Positions 52,605 to 64,000 of a stretch of DNA of 64,000 bases are shown one piece after another. Location of the stretch: assembly GCF_009914755.1 (NCBI RefSeq), contig NC_060931.1; one strand, written 5' to 3'. The stretch's first letter is position 1. Each line of letters begins with the position of its first letter. This DNA is from the human T2T-CHM13v2.0 reference genome, Homo sapiens. The translations under genes and the position numbers were made by a program. The notes below the pieces were generated by a model. It saw nothing but the letters and a program-made list of their open reading frames with translations. It had not been told where the DNA came from and searched no databases.

Positions 52605-54263
52605 ATAAGTTGTAGTAAATTTATACACTTGTGCAATCATCACAATTGAGCTTTCGAATATTTCCATCACCTCCAAAATTTCCCTCATGCTCATTTGCTG
52701 TCAACCCCCCTTCCCATCTGCTTTGTGTCTTTATAATTTTGCTTTTTCTAGAAATTTTAGGCAAACGGAACCACTCACAATATGTAGTTGTGTCTGGCTT
52801 CTGTCACTTAGCAAAATGTTTCTGAGGTTCATCCATGTTGCTACAAGTATCAGTAGTTTGTTCTTTCTTATTGCTGAGTACTAGTTATTTATTTATGTAA
52901 TTTATCATTTTTTTTCTTTAATAGATCTTAGTTTTTGTATCCTATCTAAGAAATCTTTGTCTATCCCAAGACCATAAAGATCTTTCCTATGTTATCTTCT
53001 GGAAGCTCTCTAGCCCAAGCTCTTACATTAGGTCTTTAGTGCACAGTGAGTTGATTTTTACTGTATAGTGTGAGGTAAGGGTCTAAGTTTTGTTTGTTTG
53101 CATATGTATATCATATTGTGCTGCATAAAAGGTTGAAAATATTTTTCAACATTGAATTACCTTGGTAACTTTGTCAAGTATCCATTCAACATAAATTTAT
53201 TTCTAAGCTCTTTATTCTGTTCAATTTATCTATATGTTTATCCTTATGACAGTACCACATTGTCTTGATTATTGTGACTTTACGATAAGTTTGAAATTCA
53301 AAAATATTTTGGCTATTCTATGTCTTTTGCATTTCCATATACATTTTTGGATCAACTTGTTATTTCTATTCTTGAAAAAGCCTACTGAGATTTTGATTGG
53401 GATTGTCTTAAATATATAGATCAATTTGGGGAGAATTGCAGCCTTAACATGACAGAGTCTTCCATTCCATGAGCATAATATATCTTTTCGTTTATGTATG
53501 TGTTTTTCTTCCACAATATTATACTGTTTTCTTGTACAGATCTTGCAGTTTTTTCATTAAATTTATTCCTAAGTATTTTATTCTTTTTGACGCTATTGTG
53601 AATATATTTATTTTCTTAATTTTATTTTCAGATTGTTGATTGCTAGTTTATAGAAATATAATTCATTTTTGTACAGTGATCTTGCATTCTGTAATGTTGC
53701 TGAGCTCAGCAGTTACAAAAGATTTTATAGATTCCTTAGGATTTTCTATACACGAGATTATGTCATCTGTGAATACATACAAGTTTACCTCTTCTTTTCC
53801 AATCTGTATGGCTTTACATTCCAATCAGCATGCCTTTACATTCTTTTCCCCTCCTTTTGCACTAGCTAGAATCTCCAGTACAGTGTTGAATAAAAGTTGT
53901 TAGACTGGATATCTTTGCCTTTTTCCTGATCTTACAGGAAAAGCAGTCTTTCACATTTAGTATGATGTTAGCTGTAGGCTTTTTGTAGATGTCCTGTGTC
54001 AGATTGAGGCGGTTTCCTGTATTCCTAGTATGTTAATTGTCCGATGCTTTTTTCTGCTACTATTGGAATGACCATATTTTTTATCTTTATTTTATTAATA
54101 TATTGTATTCATTGATTTTTGAATGTTAGCTTAACTTGTACTCTGGGATACATCTGTTCGTTTCTAATGTATAGTTCTTTTTGTATTTTGCTGGGTATGT
54201 TTTGCTAATTTTTTAAATTAAAGATATTTGTACCTATGTTCATGAGCCTGGTTTTCTTTTCTT
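52605..54263 (-). mobile_element. Old L1M (ME/MC-like) 3'UTR and ORF2 fragments
   Basis: ORF 53269-53514 (KDILCSWNGR...AILPKLIY.FKTIPIKI...NKLIQKCIWK) is L1 ORF2-like; continues in inverted form at 54587-54663. Confidence 0.8.
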
Positions 54264-54586
54264 TATTTTATCATACTTTAAGTTTTAGGGTACATGTGCA
54301 CAACGTGCAGGTTAGTTACATATGTATACATGTACCATGCTGGTGTGCTGCACCCATTAACTTGTCATTTAACATTAGGTATATCTCCTAATGCTATCCC
54401 TCCCTCCTCCCCCCAACCCACAACAGGCCCCCGTGTGTGATGTTCCCCTTCCTGTGTCCATGTGTTCTCATTGTTCAATTCCCACCTATGAGTGAGAACA
54501 TGCGGTGTTTGGTTTTTTGTCCTTGAGATAGTTTGCTGAGAATGATGGTTTCCAGCTTCATCCATGTCCCTACAAAGGACATGAAC
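54264..54586 (-). mobile_element. L1PA4-like 3' end (3'UTR and ORF2 C-terminus)
   Basis: TACTTTAAGTTTTAGGGTACATGTGCACAACGTGCAGGTTAGTTACATATG...CCCTACAAAGGACATGAAC. Confidence 0.92.
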
Positions 54587-54664
54587 GCTTCTGTATTCAT
54601 TTTTATGAGGTTAGTATTAGCCTGATCCCAAAGCCAGATAAAGACATCATAAGAAAAGAAAACA

Positions 54665-55168
54665 GAAGGATATGAACATACACTTCTCAAAAGAAGACAT
54701 TTATGCAGCCAAAAGACACATGAAAAAATGCTCATCATCACTGGCCATCAGAGAAATGCAAATCAAAACCACAATGAGATACCATCTCACACCAGTTAGA
54801 ATGGCGATCATTAAAAAGTCAGGAAACAACAGGTGCTGGAGAGGACGTGGAGAAACAGGAAGACTTTTACACTGTTGGTAGGACTGTAAACTAGTTCAAC
54901 CATTGTGGAAGTCAGTGTGGCAATTCCTCAGGGATCTAGAACTAGAAATACCGTTTGACCCAGCCATCCCATTACTGGGTATATACCCAAAGGATTATAA
55001 ATCATGCTGCTATAAAGACACATGCGCATGTATGTTTATTGCAGCACTATTCACAATAGCAAAGACTTGGAACCAACCCAAATGTCCAACAATGATAGAC
55101 TGGATTAAGAAAATGTGGCACATATACACCATGGAATACTATGCAGCCATAAAAAATGATGAGTTCAT
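54665..55168 (+). mobile_element. Upstream part of the same L1PA, now in opposite orientation
   Basis: GAAGGATATGAAC...AAAAATGATGAGTTCAT; ORFs 54672-54881 and 54903- encode ORF2 C-terminal sequence; ends exactly where the minus piece begins. Confidence 0.92.
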
Positions 55169-55784
55169 CATTAGCTATCCCAGAAGCATTGTATATTACA
55201 AAGAAAATAAATGTAAATTAGTAGAATTTCAGATCGCAACCACAGATAGAGAAGATATTTTGTTCTTTGGGGTAAAACTTTTGAACTCCTTAGCTCACAC
55301 AAATAGATGATGCTGTAACCTGCCTATTTATAAATAAGTCTCATCCTGAATCAAGAATGGCAGCTAGTCAGGCAAGCCAGAGGGAGAATGTAAAAGGAAC
55401 ATTTAAACCCCATTACCTGTGCACTTAGACAATCTGCTCATGTCCAATTATTCTACTATTAAATGACTGTGCATCCAACCAAAGAGAAAGCTTCAAAGTA
55501 GATAAATAGATTAATTCACAGACTTCAAGGGTAAAGAAGCTTGTTTGAAATGGGGTTTTCTTACTTCTCACCATCCTGTTTGGAGTCTTATTCACACTGA
55601 GATTGACATATAAGGGAACCATTTATGAAACTGCACACCAGCAGACCATATGTCCTAGGAAACTTGCCTGGATGTCACATTGTGAGGGGTCTTCCACATG
55701 TCTAGTGATATAAGCACTGGAAAAACTGAGCCCAAGAACAAGACTTGGTTGGAAATAATTTGGCGTATTAATTGTATAATTCTT

Positions 55785-56069
55785 TTTTTTTGAGAAGGGA
55801 TTTCGCTCTGTCACCCAGGCTGGAGTGCAGTGGTGCAATCTCAGCCCACTGCAACCTCCGCTTTCCGGATTCAAGTGATTCTCGTGGCTCAGCCTCCTGA
55901 GTAGCTGGGACTACAGGTGCATGCCACCACGCCCGGCTAATTTTTTGTGTTTTTAGTAGAGACGGGGTTTCACCATGTTAGTCAGGATGGTCTCGATCTC
56001 CTGACCTCATGATCCTACCTCTGCCTCCCAAAGTGCTGGGATTACAGGTGTGAGCCACTGAGCCCGGCC
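55785..56069 (-). mobile_element. AluSc-like
   Basis: Antisense Alu; 15-bp TSD AATTGTATAATTCTT at 55770-55784 and 56070-56084. Confidence 0.93.
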
Positions 56070-59000
56070 AATTGTATAATTCTTATTCTGTCCATATTTT
56101 TGTTTCTTCTTAACTCCTCCATCCCCCATTCCTGCTCATAGTATTCTCTGTGTGTCATTGTTTCAGAGAAGGTATGTGGAAGGTTGGAGACTTTATGCAC
56201 TTCCTAGAAACTGAAGCCAACTGAGTAGATTAAGATATGAGGGAAAGAGGCATTGTGGGGAGATAGACTGAGAAGATCAAGGTAAGAAAAAGATACCCCT
56301 TGGCTTGAAGAGAAGAGAGACCTATGGTCTTGGATGAGCAGAGCCATGCTTCTGCTTCAGAACATTGCCCTAAGAAGGTGATGAGGTCTCAGGGACTTAC
56401 TGCTCTTTGCCAAGTCTAGGTGGAAGAAGTCACAGTCCCTAGGATTTTGAGCCACAGCACCAGAAAGATTGCTATGGTCTAAGAGTAGAATGGAAGTAAA
56501 CCAAAAGCCCAGGCGTGAAGCTGCCATACCCCCAGGGACAATGGATAACATTTTCTTGGACATAAAATTGATAAACCAAAGTTTATGCAGCTCCCTCTAC
56601 ACTAAATCAGCACTGGAAACTTGACATTATCCAGGCAGGAGGACTGGGAGGTGCCTCAAGTAAGGTTGAGCTAGAATTTACTGCCAGGTTAGCTTCATGG
56701 GAACTCAGAATGAAAGGCAAATGAATATATTTTAAAAGCAGATGAGGTTTCTTGTCTACTTGACTTTGTGGCTAAGGTTTATTTCAATGGGCAGGTACAT
56801 TCTTCTCTGGACACAAACTGCAAAGCTTGAGGCTTTGGGAGTACAGTGGGTTTCTCACTGGAAACAATTTTGATACAGGCAAGGAAAGGAGGCAGTCTAC
56901 AATCAGGGTATACTTTTAAGGCTACTGGCCAGTCAATTAAAAGAGCAGTTCCATCTTAAGGTTTTGCTACCTTTGGAGTAGGTAGTGGTTGGGCTGCTGT
57001 GATGGACAGGATGCATGGAGAGCCTTCTCCCCGTCACATATGTTCACCACCTCCTGTCCTAGTCTCTCAAAACTGCTCACAAGAAGTTCAGACATGTGGT
57101 TCTTGCTTTTAAGCTTTTTTAAAAGATACTTATAAATCCAGATCCTGTACAATTTTAAGCTTTTAAGATCTAAGATTCAAAATATAAATCATTAACAAGA
57201 TCTTAACCACAGCGGGTGGTGCTTTCTAACCTCCCATCCCACCGCAAGAATGTTCCCTTGGAATGGGGAGGGGAGGGAGCAGAGGAAAGCCTCACCAGAA
57301 AGGACAGGTGGGGTAGACGTAGCATCACTGAGGCTGACATGGGGATGCCAGGTGGAGTGACAAGGAAGAAGTCAGGCCTTAGCCAGAGCTCCCAGAGCAG
57401 TGACTCTGTAGAAGAAGCCCCTGACAGAAATCTCCTTAGAAAAAACAAATGACCAGTGCCCTGGAAAGCTGGCTTTGGCCATCTTCCCTATGGAAACCAA
57501 GACCAATCAGTGTTAAAGAGAGAAGTGATAACAACCAAGAGAATCTGCCCGGCAGAAGCGTTCCTCCCTGCTCCTTACCAGTCACAGGGCAGAAAAAGGG
57601 GTGTAGACCATTCCTGGTCACCAAGCTAGCCTGTGCTGGAGGGGGATGGGGGGAATATGAAGTTTCATAAATTAAGGTTTTCATCAAATAGGAGATTGAA
57701 ATTTTATAAATGAACAAGACTGAAGTATAAGAATGTGAATAGGATTGTCTTAACTAAATACTTGTGGAGCTAGGTTGAGATACTAAGTTATCTGACTGTT
57801 AACAGCTATAGATGGGGAACAGAGGGGGTGAGGGTGGGTCGAGAGAGCACAGTTAGCAGCAAGTTTTAGAAAAATAAAAATTAGATTTTGCATATATACC
57901 CGTAAGTTGAGCTTCTTCATTCAAAATTATTATGTTTACAAGCAATATAATTTCTTTTCTGCCCTTGTCTGTTTTTTTCTTGGCATGTTATCTGTATCTA
58001 TTGATTAATTAAGGGTTCTTTACAGACTTAGGAAATTAGAATTTGGTCATATATTGGTAAAATATTTTTCCCAGTTTGTCATTGTGTGTCCTCTATTTGT
58101 CATTAATGAATTTTTTCCTGAAGTATTTTTTTATGTAATTAATTTGTCATTATTCTGTGGATTCTGGAGTTTGTATCTGATCCAGCTAAGAGCTTTCCTC
58201 ACCCTAAAATAATAGCAAAAACAGTTGTTAATTGTAATACTTTCTTCCCATGTTTGTAAATGCCGTTTTGAGAAATCCGAACAAACCTTTAAGACAGAGC
58301 ATCCTCTGTTGCTTTGACAGCAATGACTCTTTTGTAACTTTTTCTTCCAGCATTTTTCCACTCATACTTGGGTATTTTTCTCCCTGTCACTGATGTTCTG
58401 ACTTGCTATGGATCACTGACATTTCAAGGTCTTCTTCAACTACTGTCATCTGGCTAATTGCCTATTTCTCACTTTGCCATTTGAATACACTGGTTCCTAC
58501 TATATGCATGAACACTTCTCACAATCACTCCAAATCTCTGTTCAAGAAGTGGCTTGGTCAGAAAGTCTATCGTATCTTCATTCCACCTGCAAGAGTTGGT
58601 TTGATGTGAAGAACCCAGTCTGTTCCTAAAATTCAAGATCAGCAGCAGCCTCAGTGAACATAATGTTTCCTCATGTTTCTTGGGCTTAGACTTGCATTAT
58701 ATTTTCAATGCCATTTTGAAGATGAACAATGCCTTTCCATTCCACTTTCCAGAATTTTCATCTCCTGCTGGATAGGGATTATATTGCTGAAAGTCAGCAG
58801 TACTTATTGTAAGATGTAAGGAATTAGCATTAAAATAAATAGGGCATGTTATGTCTTTCATCAGAGGATTTCTATTAGGGTATTGCCAGCTTGATCCACC
58901 TGTCTCTTGGGATTTCTCTGTGGGCTAAAGAATAATGTTCCAAAGCACTATATAGGCCTCTCTAAGAAAGACTCAAAAACTATGTCATAATTACTGTCTC

Positions 59001-60571
59001 CTAAAGGTTTTTTTCCTCTATTATGAATTCACTCATTAATTCAACAGATCTTTACTGAGCACCTACTATACAACAGGCACTGGGGATAAAGTGTTATACA
59101 AAATTAAATCCCTGCTTTCATTGAGTGTACATTCTCATGGAAAAGACATGCCAAAAAAAATAAGTTAACCAATATGTGCCATAATATTAGACAGTGATAG
59201 GTGCTATGAAAATAAAATCATGCTGAGTCAGGGGGTGAAGAACAGTAGGCCTGACAGATGGTCATCAGGGAAGACTTTTCTGAAGAGACAACATTGGAGG
59301 CAAGACCTGAATCAACCGAGGGAAAGAGCAATGTGGAGATCATAGGGCAAAGCATTCCAGGAACAGGAAACAGCAACGCAAAGTTCTTTGCAGCAATATG
59401 CCTGGTGTATTTAAGAAACAGCACGTGGGCCCGTGTCGCTGGAGAAGTATGAACAAGGGAAAGAATGGAGACACAGATAGGATAAGGAAGATCTTATAAG
59501 CCAGATGCCAGTCTTCAAGAGGACTATTTCGTATGATTAAAATAAAGAGATGATTAAAGTATGACTTCACAAATCACATTTATTGTTACACAAATAGTTT
59601 TTTTTAGAACAAATCTCACAGGGAATACTCTCAAATAGATGAGGTATGTTAACCCTATAATCAGTGAGTTCCAATTTCATTTAGAGTTGAATTCTCATAG
59701 TCTAGTTGCTCAGTTAGGATGGAAACAGGCCTTTGTGGATGTAAAGTCTGATCAGTTTTGAGACATCCCTTTCTCTAAGAGGTTCTTGGGAGACACAGCC
59801 TGACCAACACAGGGGAGATCCATGGAACATGCAAGGTTCCTCAATGCTAGAGAGCAGTGACAGCGTAGATGGGGAAGGCTCAGATGTTGACAGAGATGGC
59901 TCAGATGTTGACAGAGATGAGCCCTCCCACAGCCTGAGCTGTCAAACTTCTGTCAAAACCTTGGGTATGTATGTGTTTTGGAGTCCAGTAGTTAAGGCCA
60001 ATAACTCACATATGTGGTCTGATAAGGTGTGACACATAACATTCTTGCAGGGAATGGGATTGCACTCCATTCTTTTTTCTTTTTAATTGTATTCCTCAGA
60101 GATCCTTGTTCTGATTGACTTCCATTTTAGAAGGCTCACTCTGGCTGTAGTGTGAGGAATTGAATGCAGAAGGGCAGGAATGGAAACAAGGAGAGCAGTT
60201 AGGAGGCACAGGCCCGGCAAGAGATGATATGACAGTGGCTTGGGCCAGGAATGCAGTACCGGACGGGGTGAGAGGTGGTCAGATTCTGGAGATAGTTTGA
60301 AGGGCTTGCATTGGGATGAGAGAAAACGAAAAAAGTCAAGGATGACACTGAGGCTTTTGGCATGAACCTGTAAATAGTAATCATATTATGGAGATGAATT
60401 ACAGTGGCGGAGGAATCCGTTTGGGGCTAAATTAAAAATTTGGCTTTTAACACATTAGTATTGAGAGGCCGATTAAACAGCTAAGTAGAGATTTCAGGCA
60501 GACAGTAAAATGAGACTAGAAGGTTGAAGACATGGCTAGAGATAAAAATTGGGGCATATAAGAAGTATATA

Positions 60572-60850
60572 GGCTGGGCGCAGTGGCTCACACCTATAAT
60601 CCTAGCACTTTGGGAGGCCGAGGCGGGTGGATCACAAGGTCAGGAGTTCAAGACCAGCCTGGCCAAGATGGTGAAACTTTGTCTCTACTAAAAATACAAA
60701 AATTAGCCGGGTGTGGTGGTGGGCACCTGTAATCCCAGCTACTTGGGAGGCTAAGGCAGAGAATTGCTCGAACCCAGGAGGCGGAGGTTGCAGTGAGCCA
60801 AGATTGCGCCACTGCACTCCAGCCTGGGTGACAGAGTGAGACTCCATCTC

Positions 60851-60878
<28 letters not shown>
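60572..60878 (+). mobile_element. AluS (Sg-like)
   Basis: Full dimer, GATCACAAGGTCAGGAGTTC, A28 tail, degenerate TSD AAGTAT(A/G)TA. Confidence 0.92.
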
Positions 60879-60881
<3 letters not shown>

Positions 60882-61093
60882 TGTAAAGCCGTGGGGCTGG
60901 ATGAGAGCTCCAGGAAGAAAACATAGATTGAGAAGCCATCTGAGACCTACATCCTAGGTTTCTCTGGTGCTAGAGGTCAGGAAGGGAAAGACGATGTAGC
61001 CAGGACTGGGAAGAAATGGCCAGTACTGCAGGAGAAAACCAGATGATTTCCTGGAAACCAAGGAAAAAAATAGGCACTTAAGAAGGAGGGAGG

Positions 61094-61367
61094 GGCCAGG
61101 CACAGTGGCTAATGCCTGTAACCTCAGCTTTAGAAGGCCGAGATGGGCGGATCACCTGAGGTCAGGAGTTTGAGACCAGCCTGGCCAAAATGGTGAAACG
61201 CCGTCTACTAAAAATACAAAAATTAGCTGGGCGTGGTGGCATGCACCTGTAATCCCAGCTACTCAGTAAGCTGAGGCAAGAATGCGGAGGCTACAGTGAG
61301 CCGAGATCATACCACTGCTTTCCAGCCTGGATGGCAGAGTGAGACTCCATCTCAAAAAAAAAAAAAA
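61094..61367 (+). mobile_element. AluSx-like with ~20-bp right-arm deletion
   Basis: GGATCACCTGAGGTCAGG; GCTGAGGCAAGAAT|GCGGAGG junction; TSD AAGAA(G/A)GAGGGAGG. Confidence 0.9.
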
Positions 61368-61524
61368 GAAAGAGGGAGGGATCAACTGTTTCAAAGGCTG
61401 CCAAGCAATTAAGTAGAATTAAACCTAAGGATTTTCCACTGCATTTGGCTCCTCTCCTCCCTGTTTCCTCTCATTCGATAGAATAGATTTATTCCTAGTG
61501 GCTCTTAGGGCCAGTCTTCCCCAG

Positions 61525-62021
61525 TTTGGGGAGACTACTATTGCCTATAGAATATTTTTTCCCTCTTCCCTACTCATAGACCCTACTTTTATCCAGAGTG
61601 CTCACATATCCACCTCCTCTGAAGCTAGAAATAACCATATGGCACAGGCCTAGCCAGTGAGAAGTAAACAGAAGGCATAGAGCGCGGAATTTGGAAAGTT
61701 CTTTAAAAGGGAGTAACTCAGTGGCAATGAGAGCTTGCTTCCCTTAGCTCATCCTTTTTGTTCCGCCTGGAACATGGATGTGACAACTGGAAATACATCC
61801 TGACAACAGGAAGACTATGGATACTTCCTAATGAAGGTGAGCAGGGAAGCTGGAAGGAACCTGAATTATTCCATCATGGTGTGGAGCCTCCAGGACAGTC
61901 CTGAACTATTTACCTTTTGATTCTTTTTTCATGGAAAAAAATACATATCCCCAATTTGTTTAAGATACTGTGATGCATTTGTTTTCTGTTATGTGACAAC
62001 TGAACATAATCCCAAGTGACA
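61525..62021 (+). mobile_element. MLT1J-like MaLR solo LTR
   Basis: GCCAGTGAGAAGTAAACAGAAG, GCCTGGAACATGGATGTGA, GAAGGAACCTG, TTTTCTGTTATGTGACAACTGAACATAATCC.AA.TGACA. Confidence 0.75.
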
Positions 62022-63298
62022 ATGCTAGTTGTGTGGTCTTTACCCATGGCTCTCCTGGCCAAAGCACTCCTGTCATCCCACAAAACAGAAATAACGTGGG
62101 GTTGGAGATGGCAGGCCATGATTCCTGGGCCATCTCTGCTAGTCCTATACAGCGGTATGCCTTGGTCATGTTGCTTGAACAATCTTTAAACTTGGCTTTC
62201 TTTGCCTGTAAAATGGCTGTGTTAGAAGGACCAACCCTTGACCTTCTTTTATGACTTTACATTTTTTCCTTACAATTAATTCTCTTGTTGGTTATCAATG
62301 AATTGCTCCGGTCATGCTGCTTGAGCCTGGATGAAATCAAGACTGTAAAAAGAAAAAAAAAAAAAAAAAAAAAAATCCATGAACTACAATAAAAATAAGC
62401 TCCTACAAAACTTGATCTCCAAAAATGGAAGGCTTCATTCCTTTTAGTGACTGCCTGGTAAAGCAAGAAAACACAAAAGCAAAATTTTTGATCATAAGTG
62501 AAAAGTAGGCTTGACACATTTAAAGGCCTAAATTTGAATTACAAAGTCTAAAAGTATTTCAACATTGTGGGTAACTTGTACAAGTGTGGGTTCGCATAAG
62601 ACTTCAGCCATAACTGCTGGAGACACTGGTGGAACCCCCCAGCCCCCTAGAGAGTGGGCTGGCAGAATCGTGCAGGTCAACGTGGATGAGAACCGACTGC
62701 CTGGCTCAAGACCCATGCCTCGGGTCAGTGAGGCTACCTTTGGAACCCAGGCAGAGGGTATGTGTGTGTGTTGTAGAGGGTTAAAGGAAGGCAAAGGAGA
62801 AATGAAAAGTCTAAGAGGAGGAAAGAAGGGGGAAAGTGTTGCCTCTCAAAGAGAATGACTTTCAAAGTGTCATCTACAAACACTGATAGTTAGATCTAAA
62901 ATGCCAGCACAGAATGTGCTGGTTAAGAGTAGTGTCAATTCAGGGTCCAGTGATTTTCCTGCTGGAAACCCTCCAAAGGAATTTGAGACACAGAGGAAGA
63001 ACAGTCCTGGCCCGGGCAGAACTGCTTATGTCAATGTCAATGTTCATATTTGCATGACCGAAAACACACCCAGGGCAGGTTAGTCATGCTCGGGGCTATT
63101 GTCTGATCCAGCCCTGTCATTCTCACACTGTGAAAGAGAAGACTTCCACAACAAGTTCACTGGGGCGAAACGCTTAAAGTTGGTTGACAGCTTCAGCTGG
63201 GGCCACTTGTGTAGGAGCCCAGTCAGTTTGATCAATGTAGCTGAGTTGGCTCTGGGCTCTGTCATAGCCCCAGCTGGGTTCTGTTTACCATTTACTTC

Positions 63299-63553
63299 TG
63301 TGGGATATCAGCATATGCCTCCCAAAAATATGAAGGAATGTTGAGCTGAAGGCCATTAACAGGAAATGGACGCAGGCACACTCTCTGCCTTTCCTCTTTT
63401 TTCCTAAAAGCAGGATGTAGATTTACAAAGACATGTATATATGAAATATACGTGTTAATAAACTTCTGTTTGTTTTTCTCTTCTGAATTTGTCTTTTGTA
63501 ACAGGGGTCAGTTTCAATAAGAACCTGTTGGGGGTTATTATTTTTACCCTACA
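63299..63553 (+). mobile_element. MER34-family LTR, internally deleted
   Basis: TGTGGGA...ATATGCCTCCCAAAAATATGAAGGAATGTTGAGCTGAAGGC...GATTTACAAAGACA joined directly to TTAATAAACTTCTGTTTG...CCCTACA. Confidence 0.75.
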
Positions 63554-63949
63554 GTTCAAACATTTTGGTTTTTTTATACAACGATGTTGTAACTTATTGG
63601 GTTTTTTCTTATCATTAGGGGAGGAATGGTGGGCTCTTGGGTCTTTCTATATCTGGTAAAGGAGAGCCACGTGGTTATGGTTCAGTCCCAAGCAATATCA
63701 TGGAGTCCCCGGGACAAAGCAGCTTGCAGGCATGCTCTGTGGGTTCATGGTTGGGAGCTTGTGACAGCTTTTCTTGTCAAACCCTGCCCAGAGCTGTTTC
63801 CACTTCGAAAAAGAGGCCCCAGGAGGCAGTGTCTTAGCTCAAAGGCATAACTGGTCAACCTAATGGAAGGACTTCAGATAAGTGGCAAGTAGATGGAATA
63901 GATATTTTAAGGTCACAGAGGACTTGCCAATTCCTTTATATCAGAGAAC

Positions 63950-64000
63950 TGACGGGGTTTGGGACATGCTACCCCCCCCCCCAAAATATGACACCTTGTG
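63950..64000 (+). mobile_element. Start of MER39/MER34A-like LTR (runs off window)
   Basis: TGACGGGGTTTGGGACATGCTACCCC...AAAATATGACACCTTG. Confidence 0.65.

Larger units (their letters stand above)
59027..61450 (-). mobile_element. L2a LINE, split by an LTR-like insert and two Alus
   Basis: ATTCAACAGAT.TTTACTGAGCACCTACTAT, GCATTCCAGGAACAGGAAACAGC, CACTCTGGCTG, GAAGTGGTCAGATTCTGG-like and GTCAAGGATGAC motifs. Confidence 0.85.

Noticed and set aside
54264-55168. L1 5' inversion by twin priming
   Set aside because: Twin priming cannot place the TSD and flanking host sequence inside the inverted block; a later genomic inversion explains all junctions

Overview
Primate (human-like) non-coding genomic DNA, either intergenic or deep in an intron, dominated by interspersed repeats. 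These are about 13 Alu/FLAM elements, a near full-length old L1MA, an internally deleted L1PA7 abutting the 5' half of an L1PB, a short L1PA4, many solo LTRs (MER41B, MER61, LTR8, MER34/39, LTR16, MER74-like, MLT1/MLT2), hAT DNA transposons (MER30, MER33, MER5, MER94), L2 and MIR. I recognise no host protein-coding gene, RNA gene or CRISPR array; nearly all ORFs in the track are repeat-derived or chance. I found no convincing new biological system. The best observations are: (1) a 576-bp post-insertion inversion bounded by 6-bp inverted repeats that mimics L1 twin priming (54587-55162); (2) a MER41B with two intact inverted GAS/STAT sites inside a triple LTR nest; (3) a MER61 with a GATA/TEAD array; (4) an open L1 ORF0 homolog; (5) a left-arm-only AluY with full TSD; (6) a very young Ya5-like AluY; (7) a possible ERVL protease fossil; (8) a chain of minus-strand splice signals suggesting a lncRNA. 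Repeat family names come from recalled consensus sequences, not a database search. Boundaries of old repeats are approximate.
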